Shown: in pieces, positions 10,114-20,119 of the stretch
How the letters are laid out: every line of letters starts with the position of its first letter
How positions within the stretch are numbered: the stretch's first letter is position 1
Assembly (NCBI GenBank): GCA_963765495.1
Contig: CAVXWP010000008.1
Coordinates: 736,001-800,000, forward strand
DNA length: 64,000 nt
Source of the DNA: Blastocatellia bacterium
Lineage (GTDB): Bacteria; Acidobacteriota; Blastocatellia; UBA7656
Direction of reading: 5' to 3'
Made by a program: the position numbers and the translations under genes
Notes under the pieces: model-generated
Database searches by the model: none
The model's input: the letters and a program-made list of their open reading frames with translations, nothing else
What the model was told of the DNA's origin: nothing

Positions 10114-10789
10114 GAAGTGATTCTCCTCCAAATGTAGCAATAATCTCTTGCGCAATATGGCGCTGGCGCTCGAGGCGCTGGCGCTCCGCAATAATAATAG
10201 CCTCAAGCGCGGCAGAAGCGCGATTGATATCATCATTAATGATGACAAACTTGTAATCTTCAAAGAGCCGGACTTCGCCAACCGCGTTCTTGAGACGGTG
10301 TTCGAGGTCAGCCGGATCGTTTAGATTGCGCGCTCGAAGCCGTGACTCCAATACCTCAAGCGACGGCGGCAATATAAAGACGAAAACTGCCTCAGGCATC
10401 CTCTGTCTGATCTGCCTGGCCCCCTGCACATCCAGATCAAGGATGACATCGTCACCTTTTTGAAGGGTCTGCTCAACGATTTGAGAGGGAGTCCCGTAAT
10501 AACTTCCGTGGACCTCGGCGCACTCAAGAAACTCCCCTCTGTCAGTCATTGCCAGAAATTCCGCCTCATCTACAAAATAATAATCTACTCCATGCTTTTC
10601 GATTCCGCGAGCCTTGCGCGTAGTGCAGGATATCGAATAACGCAATCTATCAAGCCGGCCCAAAACTATTTCGACTAGCGTAGACTTGCCCGACCCGGAT
10701 GGAGCCGACACGACTATCAGGTTGCCCCGATTCGGAGGCGCGCTCCCCTGCTCGACACTTTCTTTTGAAGTAATACCCGCGCCTTTCAT
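10106..10789 (-). CDS. gmk: Guanylate kinase
   Basis: SAPSGSGKST P-loop, SCTTRKAR..E..GVDYYF, DLDVQG. Confidence 0.97.
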   Translation of the reverse strand: MKGAGITSKESVEQGSAPPNRGNLIVVSAPSGSGKSTLVEIVLGRLDRLRYSISCTTRKARGIEKHGVDYYFVDEAEFLAMTDRGEFLECAEVHGSYYGTPSQIVEQTLQKGDDVILDLDVQGARQIRQRMPEAVFVFILPPSLEVLESRLRARNLNDPADLEHRLKNAVGEVRLFEDYKFVIINDDINRASAALEAIIIAERQRLERQRHIAQEIIATFGGESLHA

Positions 10790-10799
10790 ACTGTCGCCT

Positions 10800-11675
10800 T
10801 CACTCAACATTCTGGACTTGTTCCCTGATCTTTTCTACTTCGGTCTTAATAACGATGGCAGCATCGCTAATAGACAGATCGCCCGATTTCGAAAGAATCG
10901 TATTTGCCTCCCTGTTCATCTCTTGCAGGATGAAATCAAGCCGTTTGCCCATCTCCTCATCCCCGTCCAGCGAATCGCGCATCTGCGTAATATGACTCTT
11001 GAGTCTCGCAATCTCCTCGCTAATATCGCTGCGGTCCGCAAGCATCACGGCCTCCTGTGCGAGCCTGGCCTCGTCCACAGCCCCGTTTGCATTCAAATCC
11101 TGAATCCGCTTCATCAACTTCTCTCTGTAGATGCCCGGCAGTCGTTCAGCCTCCTTCTCAATAGTCGGGATATGAGCCTCGATGGCATCTAGCCGGTATT
11201 TCAACTCCTGGGCAAGCTCGTTGCCCTCTGTGATTCGCATTTCAGTCAGGGTGATAAGCGCCTCAGACATCGCGGCGATCAGGCCAGTTATCAGTTGTTC
11301 ATCCAGTTGATCAGAATCCTGAGATATCTGTATCGCCCCCGGCAGTTTCGCTATCAATTCCAGCGTCGGTTCATCCAGAAGGTTGTACTCCTGCTTTAGC
11401 TCGGAGAGCGCTGAGAAATAACCGGAAATGAGCGGGCGATTGAGGCTGAATGAGGCCTGCTTCATCTGTTCTATCGAGATGGTTACGTCTACCCGCCCGC
11501 GTTTGAGCACGGCCTGAATCTGCTTTTTGATAGTGACTTCGAGGCTTGCCAGTTCTTGCGGCAGCCGTGCGTGAATGTCGAGAAAGCGGTTATTGACGGT
11601 GCGAATATCTACCCGAACCTTGAAGGCGTCTCCGCTTGCGCTTCCCTGTCCGAACCCTGTCATACTCTTTATCAT
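10800..11675 (-). CDS. yicC: YicC/YloC family endoribonuclease
   Basis: MIKSMTGFG, VNNRFLD, GKRLDFILQEMNREANTILSK, EKIREQVQNVE. Confidence 0.95.
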   Translation of the reverse strand: MIKSMTGFGQGSASGDAFKVRVDIRTVNNRFLDIHARLPQELASLEVTIKKQIQAVLKRGRVDVTISIEQMKQASFSLNRPLISGYFSALSELKQEYNLLDEPTLELIAKLPGAIQISQDSDQLDEQLITGLIAAMSEALITLTEMRITEGNELAQELKYRLDAIEAHIPTIEKEAERLPGIYREKLMKRIQDLNANGAVDEARLAQEAVMLADRSDISEEIARLKSHITQMRDSLDGDEEMGKRLDFILQEMNREANTILSKSGDLSISDAAIVIKTEVEKIREQVQNVE

Positions 11676-11748
11676 AAGCCTAAAACGAAGGGCAACCAGT
11701 CGGATTAAGGGTCTTTATCCCCTGATCCTATCCTTAGCCCCTGGTTCC

Positions 11749-13557
11749 TCATCCTTTCTCTTCGCCGACTGCGATCACCTCATCTGAAAATTGTAGCTCG
11801 TAAAGGTCTTTATAAATCCCGCCCCGCGCCATCAACTCATCGTGGGTACCCGAGTCTATGACACGTCCGCGCGACAGCACAACTATCTGATCGGCGCGGT
11901 GAATGGTCGTCAGCCGGTGCGCAATTACGATGGTCGTGCGCCCCTGCATGAGGTTGGAAAGCGCGTGCTGGACCAGCCTCTCAGATTGCGTATCGAGCGC
12001 CGATGTGGCCTCATCGAGAATCAGTATTGGCGCATCTTTTAAGAGCGCCCGCGCAATCGCCAGCCGCTGGCGTTCCCCTCCCGAGAGCTTTACACCACGC
12101 TCGCCAATCAACGTATCATATCCGCCACGCTCAATTATAAAGTCGTGCGCGTAGGCGGCGCGAGCGGCATCCTCTATACGGGCGCGATCAAAATCAGGCC
12201 GCCCATAGGCTATGTTGTTTATTATCGAATCGTTAAATAATATAACATCCTGCGAAACAAGCGCGATTTGAGAGCGGAGGCTAGCAAGCTTACTGTCCTG
12301 GATATTAACGCCGTCGATCAGAATTTCGCCGTCTGTGGGATCGTAAAACCGCATCAGGAGGTTTGTGATCGTAGTCTTGCCCGCGCCCGACAGTCCCACA
12401 AGCGCGACCACCTCGCCCCGTCGCACATCCAGATTGATCCCATTCAGCACCCAGTCGGATGAATCATTATACTTGAAAGAAACCTCTGAGAATTTGATCG
12501 CGTCTTTGAGCGGACCAAGTTCAATAGCATTCTCGCGGTCGCTCTTTTCGGTGTGGGTATCGAGCAGTGAATATATGCGATTTACTGCCGCAAATGATTG
12601 CTGGAAAAAATTCTGAATCCGCGAAAGCCTTCGGAGCGGGTCATACATCTGGAGCATCGCCACGATATAGGCCGCAAATGTACCGACAGTCATCGCGCCG
12701 GACTCTATCTCTTTCTTGGCATATAGGACAAAACCCGCGGCTATCAAAACACCCACAAGCTCAAGAATGGGCGATGAAAGATAGACGACTCCTGCTGCGC
12801 GGACCTGTGTTCTCGCAAGGTAAACCAGTGCCTTGCGAAAGCGACGCTGTTCGAAAGCCTCGGTTCCGAATGCCTTTACGATCCTGTGACCCGATATAGT
12901 CTCTTGCGCTATGTCGAGAACATCCTCCGTTCCCAGTTGAGTAGAGTGAGCGATGCGGCGCAGTTTGCGCCCAAAATTAACGGTCAGGAAATAGATTATC
13001 GGGCCTACGATCAAGACCGCCAGTGTCAACCGCCAGTTCAGCATGAAGACCAGGGCAAACAGAGAAATAAAGACCAGGCTTTCGCGCAACAGATCGGCCA
13101 GCAATGTTGATACAGAGGTCTGAACGCGTTCGGCATCGCTAATTATATGAGTGGTCAAAGAGTTTGTCGGATGATCGGTAAAGAACTCGCTGGATTGTTG
13201 GAGCACATGCTCATACAATCGCTGCCGGAGATCCACGACTACGCCGACGCCTATGCGCCACATCAGGATATTGGAAAGATACTCCGAAGCTCCTCGAATA
13301 AAGGTAAAAAGTACCAGCAGGAATGCGATAATAGGCAATGCGTTGGTTCCCGCCGGAAGATAGGACCGAACGTCAATCCGGGCAGCAAGACCCGTGCTTG
13401 TCGCCTGGGCCGTCGCGGGCAGTTCATCTATCATGGATTTGAGAAGCGCCGTCCGGCTCGCTTCAAAGACTCCGACAATGACCATTAGAAAAAAGGCTAC
13501 CGCAAATAGCTTCGCATAAGGCCTTACATTCTTAAGTATGATACGGAATTCTTTCAT
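11749..13557 (-). CDS. msbA: MsbA-like ABC exporter (TMD+NBD)
   Basis: Six-TM domain plus GLSGAGKT, LSGGERQR, ILILDEATSALD. Confidence 0.8.
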   Translation of the reverse strand: MKEFRIILKNVRPYAKLFAVAFFLMVIVGVFEASRTALLKSMIDELPATAQATSTGLAARIDVRSYLPAGTNALPIIAFLLVLFTFIRGASEYLSNILMWRIGVGVVVDLRQRLYEHVLQQSSEFFTDHPTNSLTTHIISDAERVQTSVSTLLADLLRESLVFISLFALVFMLNWRLTLAVLIVGPIIYFLTVNFGRKLRRIAHSTQLGTEDVLDIAQETISGHRIVKAFGTEAFEQRRFRKALVYLARTQVRAAGVVYLSSPILELVGVLIAAGFVLYAKKEIESGAMTVGTFAAYIVAMLQMYDPLRRLSRIQNFFQQSFAAVNRIYSLLDTHTEKSDRENAIELGPLKDAIKFSEVSFKYNDSSDWVLNGINLDVRRGEVVALVGLSGAGKTTITNLLMRFYDPTDGEILIDGVNIQDSKLASLRSQIALVSQDVILFNDSIINNIAYGRPDFDRARIEDAARAAYAHDFIIERGGYDTLIGERGVKLSGGERQRLAIARALLKDAPILILDEATSALDTQSERLVQHALSNLMQGRTTIVIAHRLTTIHRADQIVVLSRGRVIDSGTHDELMARGGIYKDLYELQFSDEVIAVGEEKG

Positions 13558-13770
13558 TATGGACAGTCCGAAGGGCGCGACCGCATTTACAATATATTAT
13601 TTGACCGGTTTATTCGCGTTCTGTTTCCTTTGTTCTATCTCAGCTCGGTTTTTCCGCTTCGTATGTGTTTATCAGCAATTGTGACCTGAAAGCGACCGAG
13701 TATTGTTGCATGGGGAGTTGAAAGAGGCAAGCCGCCGCCCTCTAGGCCGTCAGATGCATCACGTTTCCAT

Positions 13771-13813
13771 GGAATTGAGTCTGTGGGAATTGAGTCTGTG
13801 GGAATTGAGTCTG
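13771..13813. repeat. 15-bp tandem repeat x2.9 (GGAATTGAGTCTGTG)
   Basis: Units at 13771, 13786, 13801; partial inverted partner CTCAATTC at 13824-13831 next to the arsC stop. Confidence 0.9.
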
Positions 13814-13832
13814 CGCCACCTTCCTCAATTCT

Positions 13833-14321
13833 TCACGGACCCGTTCTACCTATCTCCTGAGTGAGATGCTCTAACTTGAGGCGGTCGAGCTTTTCAATTG
13901 GTAGCGAGCAGAATAGATCAATGCGGCGTTGGAGTAGATGTGCGGTTTGCTTGAAGACTCGATATATTTCCTCATCGCTTCCTGTAGCTAGCGCGGGGTC
14001 AGGCAGTCCCCAATGGGCGATAATGGGCTGACCGGGCCAGACGGGGCAGGATTCGCGCGCGTTGTCGCAAACCGTAATTACAAAATCAAATTCTATATCC
14101 TCATACTCCTCCCAGGGCTTGCTCCGGGCATCGCCCGGGTCTATGTGATATAGCTCCTTCAACACCTTAATCGCGTAAGGATTGACTTTGCCTGTAGGGA
14201 AACTACCCGCGCTATAAACCTCGAAGCGGCCCTGACCAGTCCTCTCAAGCAGAAACTCGGCAAGAATGCTACGGGCCGAGTTGCCGGTACAGAGAAATAA
14301 AACACGCTTTCGTTCACTCAT
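13833..14321 (-). CDS. arsC: Arsenate reductase (LMW-PTPase fold)
   Basis: LCTGNSARS P-loop, VCDNARESCPVWPG redox cysteine pair, HWGLPDP. Confidence 0.92.
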   Translation of the reverse strand: MSERKRVLFLCTGNSARSILAEFLLERTGQGRFEVYSAGSFPTGKVNPYAIKVLKELYHIDPGDARSKPWEEYEDIEFDFVITVCDNARESCPVWPGQPIIAHWGLPDPALATGSDEEIYRVFKQTAHLLQRRIDLFCSLPIEKLDRLKLEHLTQEIGRTGP

Positions 14322-14403
14322 TCTTGTCCTCACCTTCAAGCTTGATGTTAGCCGCTCTCGATGACAATCTACTATGTAGTGTTTTCTTTAACTTTCTCCC
14401 TTT

Positions 14404-14469
14404 ACATACGTCTATCCGGATATGTTAGCAGTATAAAATTGCCAGTCACATAATGCAAGGCATATATGT
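14404..14469. promoter_or_regulatory. Two candidate ArsR operators (ACATA-N12-TATGT)
   Basis: Boxes at 14404-14425 and 14448-14469 between divergent arsC and arsR. Confidence 0.55.
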
Positions 14470-14489
14470 TTTTGCTAGAATATAAAACT

Positions 14490-14891
14490 ATGAGCAAAGA
14501 GAATGGGAAATTTAGTATGGACAAGCTGCTTCGTGCTCTTGCTGATCGGACACGCCTACGCTTACTCAATCTATTAGGGGAGGACGAGGTATGTGTCTGT
14601 TTCTTCGTTGAGATACTTGGGGAGAGCCAGCCAAAAATATCGCGCCACCTGGCCTATTTGCGGCGAGCAGGAATCGTTGCAAGTCGACGTGAAGGCAAAT
14701 GGATTCACTATCGCATCGTAAATCCGCCGAATCCGCACGCTGTGAGAATTCTCAGCGAGGTTCGGGCTTGTTTGGCTGAAGATAAAGGTATGCAGCGCGA
14801 GCGCGAGCGTCTGGTGAGGGTTTTTTGTGCGCCAGATCCTCCCTTCCAACTACAAGGAGCACCCCGACCTGCGAATTATCTATCTGCCTAA
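14490..14891 (+). CDS. arsR: ArsR/SmtB family repressor
   Basis: ALADRTRLRLL, EVCVC metal box, SQPKISRHLAYLR, RREGKWIHY. Confidence 0.93.
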   Translation: MSKENGKFSMDKLLRALADRTRLRLLNLLGEDEVCVCFFVEILGESQPKISRHLAYLRRAGIVASRREGKWIHYRIVNPPNPHAVRILSEVRACLAEDKGMQRERERLVRVFCAPDPPFQLQGAPRPANYLSA

Positions 14892-14955
14892 CAGGCTTAT
14901 GTTGCCGTCGCCGCACGCATAGTAAGCATTGAAACGCCAATCCTTTCACGCAGTA

Positions 14956-17472
14956 TTACTTAGCGTAATACCCCTTGCGTGCGCGAACAGCCGCATCAGG
15001 GCGCTTCACGTGGACTCGAACCCGGCGAAATGTTCCATCACGCTGAGGATTGGTCGAATAGTACCCCACGCTATAAACCGTGCGAATAGCCGCGCCTACT
15101 TTCTTATACACGCCCGAGAGGTCGCTTGCTTTTTCAGCTCGGAACAATTGGCCGCCTGTCAATTGGGATATTTGCTCAAGCTGATCCTGCGCGATGATGT
15201 AGGCTTCCGAAGACGAATTACCTCGCTCGAAGACTTCTTCGTATTCAGTGTCGAGATATATCGGAAAGACGAGCACGTCTGATTCTTCGAGCCGCCGGGC
15301 GAGTTGATTGTAGGAAACACGTGTCGGGGCGGGGTTGTACCTGTCTAGCGAGCTATCAACTCCGTCCGTCATTACTACGATGGCGTTTCGCTGGCCCTGA
15401 GTCCCTTTCAGCGTATCGGCCACGGCCCACCACATCGCCTCATAAAAGGCCGTGCCACCGGCAGGTCTCTCGATCCCTCTTATTCTTTCGCGCAACATCT
15501 TCCTGTCAGAGGTCAGAGGAGATATTACCTCGATTTGATGCGTAAACGCGATCACGGCGACTCTGTCTTCGGAACCCAGGACATCCAGAAAACGCAGGGC
15601 AGCTTCCTTGACCACGTCGAGCTTGTCCTGTATCGAACCTGAAAGATCAAGCAGCAGCACCAGATTAAAAGGCGCGGTTGTCGGGGCGAAATACTCAACC
15701 GTTTGTAACTGATTGTTCTCTAGAATCTCGAAATCTTCCTTCTTCAGATTTTGCAGTGAGAACCCTGATCGGTCGCTGACGCTCACATTCAGATTTACAA
15801 GCGAGGCATTGAGCCTGATGGCTCCTGCATCTCCCTCATCCTCATCGGCGGTTTCTGAAGAGGATGTGGCAGTAGGCTTGCCTCCCGTGTCACTCCGGCG
15901 GAGAACCGGAGGCGCATCTGGTCGGGGGTTATTTGACGCAATGGAAGGGAAGGAATCATCTCGATCATTTGAGGCCGGGTAACTGGAACCTGAACCCTGA
16001 TTTGCAGCATAAGGATCATCGGGATTCTGTGCACTCCGGCTTCCTCTTGAATTCCCCGCAGATCGTCCGGGCCAGATACTGGAATCGTTGCCCTTCACAC
16101 CCTGCCCCGATGGCTGCCGGTTCATCGGGTTGTTCATGTCGGTAGAGTCGCCGAGCGGCCTCCCGGATGGAATAATTCTTACCTTTAGGCCGGAGGACCC
16201 GCTGCTCGTGTCTTTTTGCTGGCGTGGGCGGATAAACGGACCTCCCCGGTATGTAGTGTTGGATTGTGTGCTTTGATCGTTTCCGGCAAAGACTACGGAG
16301 CCGTTCCCGGAAGAGGGCTGTCTGTTTGATTGCTGAGAGTTTTGCGAATCGGGGTCCGGCTGATCATAATCATTGTCGTTTGAGTCATAGGTCGTGTTGC
16401 CCGGGTCAGGTGCGTTACTCAGCGGTCTGTTTGATGGAATTATCCTGACTCTCGCTCCGCTCGATCCCGCGCTGGTATTTCTCTCTTCGCGGGGCCTTAC
16501 GAGAGGGCCGCTTCGATATGTAGTGTTGCTTTGCGTGCTCTGATCGCTTCCGCCAAATACAACAGTGCCTCCGCCGTAAGGCGAAGAGGCATTTGGTTGG
16601 GAACGGCGAGCGGGTGACTGCGCCTGCTGGTTGTAAGGATCAGGGTCATAGCCCTGACTGCGTCTGTCCTGTTGCTGCTCATAGGGTTGATTTGATGATA
16701 CTGAATCAACAGGCTCTCGGGCAGATTGTTGAGTATCAGGGCTTCCTGAGTTTGCGGCCACTGTGTTGCGGTTTTGATTTACAATTCGGGATATATTTGA
16801 TGAATTCGGCCCGGGCGAAAGCGTAATATTTCCGGTCTGACTGATCAGCGTGATCTGAGAGGCCCCGCTTCCAAGCCGCCCTTGAAGACTTCGAGTACCG
16901 GCACGTTCCAGACCTTCGAGCGAAACCGTAGACCGAACTGTTCCCTTCACAGATTCCAGGGCAATCTGCGCGTCGTCATTTTTTGGTAGCTGATAATCTA
17001 TGTTGCCGCCCGTGGTCTGCACGACCGCGCTTTGAAGAGGCCCGCTCACTTCGACAGGGAGTGCGCCTCCCGTCAGTTGAAGATGTGCGGTAGCAGGAGC
17101 ATATATCAAAAGATCAATGCGTCCGGGTAAACCTGTCTGGCGGCATTGGATAAAAAGGGAATTCTGAGCACCCATCATCATCACCTCGGTGGGTTGAAGC
17201 TGAGCGCCATCCCGACCCTTTTTCTCAGCCACGACTCTTACAGTCTGATTTCCCCATGCCTGTACACGGGTCGCACCGAGCGGATTCTCAACCTTTACGA
17301 TGCCACCGGGATCAAGAGTGAAAGACTCAACACGCATGGCCGCGTTTTGAGCGAGCAGGGTTGGAGTCAGTGTTGCAAAAGCAAAGACAAGCAACAAAGC
17401 AAGGGCTATGCTGATTGAAAACGGGCGCTTTTGTAATTCAGACGACTTTGCAATGGGGGCTTTTGATTTCAT
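14956..17472 (-). CDS. Secreted VWA protein (acidobacterial type) with N-terminal adhesin-like domain and repeat-containing linker
   Basis: Signal/TM; DUF4097-like N-terminus; low-complexity linker; LLLDLSGS MIDAS, TDGVD, YSVGYY, VRARKGYY. Confidence 0.88.
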   Translation of the reverse strand: MKSKAPIAKSSELQKRPFSISIALALLLVFAFATLTPTLLAQNAAMRVESFTLDPGGIVKVENPLGATRVQAWGNQTVRVVAEKKGRDGAQLQPTEVMMMGAQNSLFIQCRQTGLPGRIDLLIYAPATAHLQLTGGALPVEVSGPLQSAVVQTTGGNIDYQLPKNDDAQIALESVKGTVRSTVSLEGLERAGTRSLQGRLGSGASQITLISQTGNITLSPGPNSSNISRIVNQNRNTVAANSGSPDTQQSAREPVDSVSSNQPYEQQQDRRSQGYDPDPYNQQAQSPARRSQPNASSPYGGGTVVFGGSDQSTQSNTTYRSGPLVRPREERNTSAGSSGARVRIIPSNRPLSNAPDPGNTTYDSNDNDYDQPDPDSQNSQQSNRQPSSGNGSVVFAGNDQSTQSNTTYRGGPFIRPRQQKDTSSGSSGLKVRIIPSGRPLGDSTDMNNPMNRQPSGQGVKGNDSSIWPGRSAGNSRGSRSAQNPDDPYAANQGSGSSYPASNDRDDSFPSIASNNPRPDAPPVLRRSDTGGKPTATSSSETADEDEGDAGAIRLNASLVNLNVSVSDRSGFSLQNLKKEDFEILENNQLQTVEYFAPTTAPFNLVLLLDLSGSIQDKLDVVKEAALRFLDVLGSEDRVAVIAFTHQIEVISPLTSDRKMLRERIRGIERPAGGTAFYEAMWWAVADTLKGTQGQRNAIVVMTDGVDSSLDRYNPAPTRVSYNQLARRLEESDVLVFPIYLDTEYEEVFERGNSSSEAYIIAQDQLEQISQLTGGQLFRAEKASDLSGVYKKVGAAIRTVYSVGYYSTNPQRDGTFRRVRVHVKRPDAAVRARKGYYAK

Positions 17473-17641
17473 GACCTACCTCCGCGTGTTCAAAAGGAAA
17501 ACTCGAACTGATCGCAACCGAAACGTCCAAATTTCGCGGCCACGATGTAAAATGAGCGTGCCTAGATTTTCTTATATGCGTGAAATGTAGTCAAACACAG
17601 GGATTGTACCCCATTCGGGGCAGGCTGGCGGAGTGAGAAGA

Positions 17642-17750
17642 TGAATCGTGATGCGTGATGCGTGATGCGTGAGAGGTAAAGGGGGCATCTCCCAATTGAA
17701 TTGTTAATGATCTCAAAATCACGGATCACGATTCACGCATCACGATTCAC
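17642..17750. repeat. Inverted pair of heptamer arrays (TGATGCG)n / (ATCACGM)n
   Basis: Arrays at 17642-17672 and 17718-17750; the second lies 3 nt from the stop at 17754. Confidence 0.9.
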
Positions 17751-17753
17751 TTC

Positions 17754-19496
17754 TTACGTTCCGGTTCGAGTTTCCAGGTCGTGGGCGTTATAACCTTTAC
17801 GGTGGCGCACTGCTATGTCGTCGCGACCGCGCACTCGAATGCGAAGCTGGCGATAGCCACCGTTTGAAAGCGGGTTCGTTGGATAGTAACTGACTACATA
17901 GACGTGTCGAAGCTCTTCGGCTATCCGGGAGGCAAGCCGTCTCAGGTCGCTTATCTGTTGAGCATCGTAGACCGGCCCGCCGCCCGCAGTGGTTATGTCC
18001 TGCATGAAATCGCCGTTTCGGCCGCGTCTGGGCCATCTCTGAACGGAGACTGCCGATGTCGCTCCGGTTACGGCTGTCAGATTTGAACCTGTGAACGGGC
18101 CTCGCCTTCGACCACCCGGCCAGGGCCACGGGAACGGGAGCGGAATGGGCATACGGGGAAAGGGATCTCTTGTCGTAGGCCAGCGATTTCTATTCATCCC
18201 CGTCCCCGGATACCTCAATCCGTAAACAAGCACGTCTGATTCTGTGACTATGTCTATCGCATCGTCATAGCTCGCCTGCTCGCTCGTAGTATCTTCTCCG
18301 TCCGAGAAGAGTATCATCGCTTTGCGGCCTTCTACGTTATTCAATCTGCGCCTGACCGTCTCGTACACCGCATCATAGACGCTCGTACCCGACGCTGTAG
18401 TTGTTTGGCGTATGGCCCATTCAAGCTGGCGTCGATCATTTGTAAACCCTGTGTGAAAGTGGATGTATCTGTCAAAAGATATCACCATCACCTGATCCTG
18501 AGGGCGCAATTGCCGCACAAATTCGATAGCCGCGTCCTGAATATCTTCGAGACTTCCCTGCACGCTCGGGCTCACATCCAGCAGCAATGCCACTTTGAAG
18601 GGAACTTCCTCATCCCCGAAAAAGGCAATCTCCTGCTGTTTTCCGTCTTCATATAGCTCGAAGTCTCGCTGGGAAAGCTGCGGCACATATCGGCCCGAAC
18701 GGTCGCTTACGAGCACAGGTATATTCACAAGCGTGGCAGCCAGCTTTATCGGCTCGTCCCCATTCACCTGGCCCTGCCTGGATTGGGAAGTCTGGGCGGA
18801 ATTATCCTGCTGATCGCCGGGGTCTTGATCGTCAGGCTCCTGTTGAGACTGCCCCCTGGATGGCCGTTGCAGCACCGGGGGCCGTTGTTTGCCTCGACTG
18901 TCATCGTATCCACCTAAATTGGGGGGCTGACGGCTGCTTGTATCCGTATCAGGTTGTCGTGAAGTTTGAGGCACAGGTTGCGGCTGTCGCGGGATCTGCC
19001 TACCGGCCTGTTCCTGACGAGATGGCTGCTGAGTCTGCTGAGAGGGGTATCTGGTAGCAGGCTGAGCGGCAGGCTGATTGCCTGTAGTCGTTCCGAGAGG
19101 CGGTCGGTCGAAAGGGGCAGGCTCTTTATGTCCTCGATCTGCTTCGGAGGATTGTCGTGCCTGTGGATTTTGCGGCTGCCCTCTTCCCGAATCATCCTTT
19201 TGAGGAGCGGGGGCATCCTGCCAGTCGCCTGCGCCCGAAGATTGAGAATCTTCCTGTGGGTCGGGTTCCAGATCAGTTTCGGCCCCATTATTCTGAACCG
19301 TCTGACGGCTGCCTTGATCCCCTCTTTTCTCAGTTGTGGGTGGTGCAACTCTTGACCCGTTTTTGCCACGACGTTGCCGCGACCCGGCAGATTGCTGCGC
19401 GGAACTGGCCCTTGTCGAAGCCAGAGGGAAGGCCGTAAGAATCGTGGCTGCCATTAACATAGCCGCGACTAAAGGTGCGAATGATCTGGGGCGCAT
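17754..19496 (-). CDS. Secreted VWA protein (acidobacterial type)
   Basis: Signal peptide from MRPRSF; Q/P-rich linker; LLLDVSPS MIDAS, SDGED, YVVSYYP, VRHRKGY. Confidence 0.88.
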   Translation of the reverse strand: MRPRSFAPLVAAMLMAATILTAFPLASTRASSAQQSAGSRQRRGKNGSRVAPPTTEKRGDQGSRQTVQNNGAETDLEPDPQEDSQSSGAGDWQDAPAPQKDDSGRGQPQNPQARQSSEADRGHKEPAPFDRPPLGTTTGNQPAAQPATRYPSQQTQQPSRQEQAGRQIPRQPQPVPQTSRQPDTDTSSRQPPNLGGYDDSRGKQRPPVLQRPSRGQSQQEPDDQDPGDQQDNSAQTSQSRQGQVNGDEPIKLAATLVNIPVLVSDRSGRYVPQLSQRDFELYEDGKQQEIAFFGDEEVPFKVALLLDVSPSVQGSLEDIQDAAIEFVRQLRPQDQVMVISFDRYIHFHTGFTNDRRQLEWAIRQTTTASGTSVYDAVYETVRRRLNNVEGRKAMILFSDGEDTTSEQASYDDAIDIVTESDVLVYGLRYPGTGMNRNRWPTTRDPFPRMPIPLPFPWPWPGGRRRGPFTGSNLTAVTGATSAVSVQRWPRRGRNGDFMQDITTAGGGPVYDAQQISDLRRLASRIAEELRHVYVVSYYPTNPLSNGGYRQLRIRVRGRDDIAVRHRKGYNAHDLETRTGT

Positions 19497-19741
19497 CTTA
19501 ATAAGCTCCGTTCTTTTTGTGCTTGTTGCGAGACTGGCTCGCGGGCCGATATTCCGGCAACTGTCCAGACTATCCCCCACATCGCTCATCCTCAAGATTT
19601 GGATGTTTTCAAGACTCGATTTCGTGGCCTGACATGTTTTTTTCTTTTGAGGGGTTTAATCCCCAAGCCTCGGAAGCTTGCAAAGTCCGTCGAGCCAATG
19701 TAAAAAACAGTTTGACCGCAATTTTAGAAATGGAACTAAAA

Positions 19742-20092
19742 ATGGAGAATTTAAAAGAGCTGACTAGCATCGAAGACCTGAACCAGATGCTAGATGACTC
19801 CGCAAAACACCCTGTCCTGTTGTTTAAGCACAGCCTTACGTGTCCTATCAGCGCACGCGCTTTCCGGCAATTAAAGTCGCATCTTGAAGAACCAAATCAC
19901 AGCGTAGAATATAACCTTATAACGGTACAAAACGCACGCGCTGTTTCGAGTGAAGCAGAAACAAGGCTTGGCATCCGGCACGAAACGCCGCAGGCAATTT
20001 TGATACTCGACGGAAAGCCGGTCTGGCACACTTCTCATTTTTCTATAACGGCAGAGGCTATTGAAGAAGCTATTCGCGATCAGGGATTATAA
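19742..20092 (+). CDS. ytxJ: Bacillithiol-system redoxin YtxJ/BrxC
   Basis: FKHSLTCPIS and GIRHETPQ motifs; start at MENLKE. Confidence 0.88.
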   Translation: MENLKELTSIEDLNQMLDDSAKHPVLLFKHSLTCPISARAFRQLKSHLEEPNHSVEYNLITVQNARAVSSEAETRLGIRHETPQAILILDGKPVWHTSHFSITAEAIEEAIRDQGL

Positions 20093-20119
20093 CCATACGC
20101 TTCGATTCATTTATTAAAT

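Noticed and set aside
9895-10281. 128-aa RpoZ with a long N-terminus
   Set aside because: The extension overlaps gmk out of frame; the SD-supported start is at 10113.
13771-13813. Possible CRISPR array
   Set aside because: 15-bp units are contiguous with no spacers and there are no cas genes; the heptamer arrays fail for the same reason.
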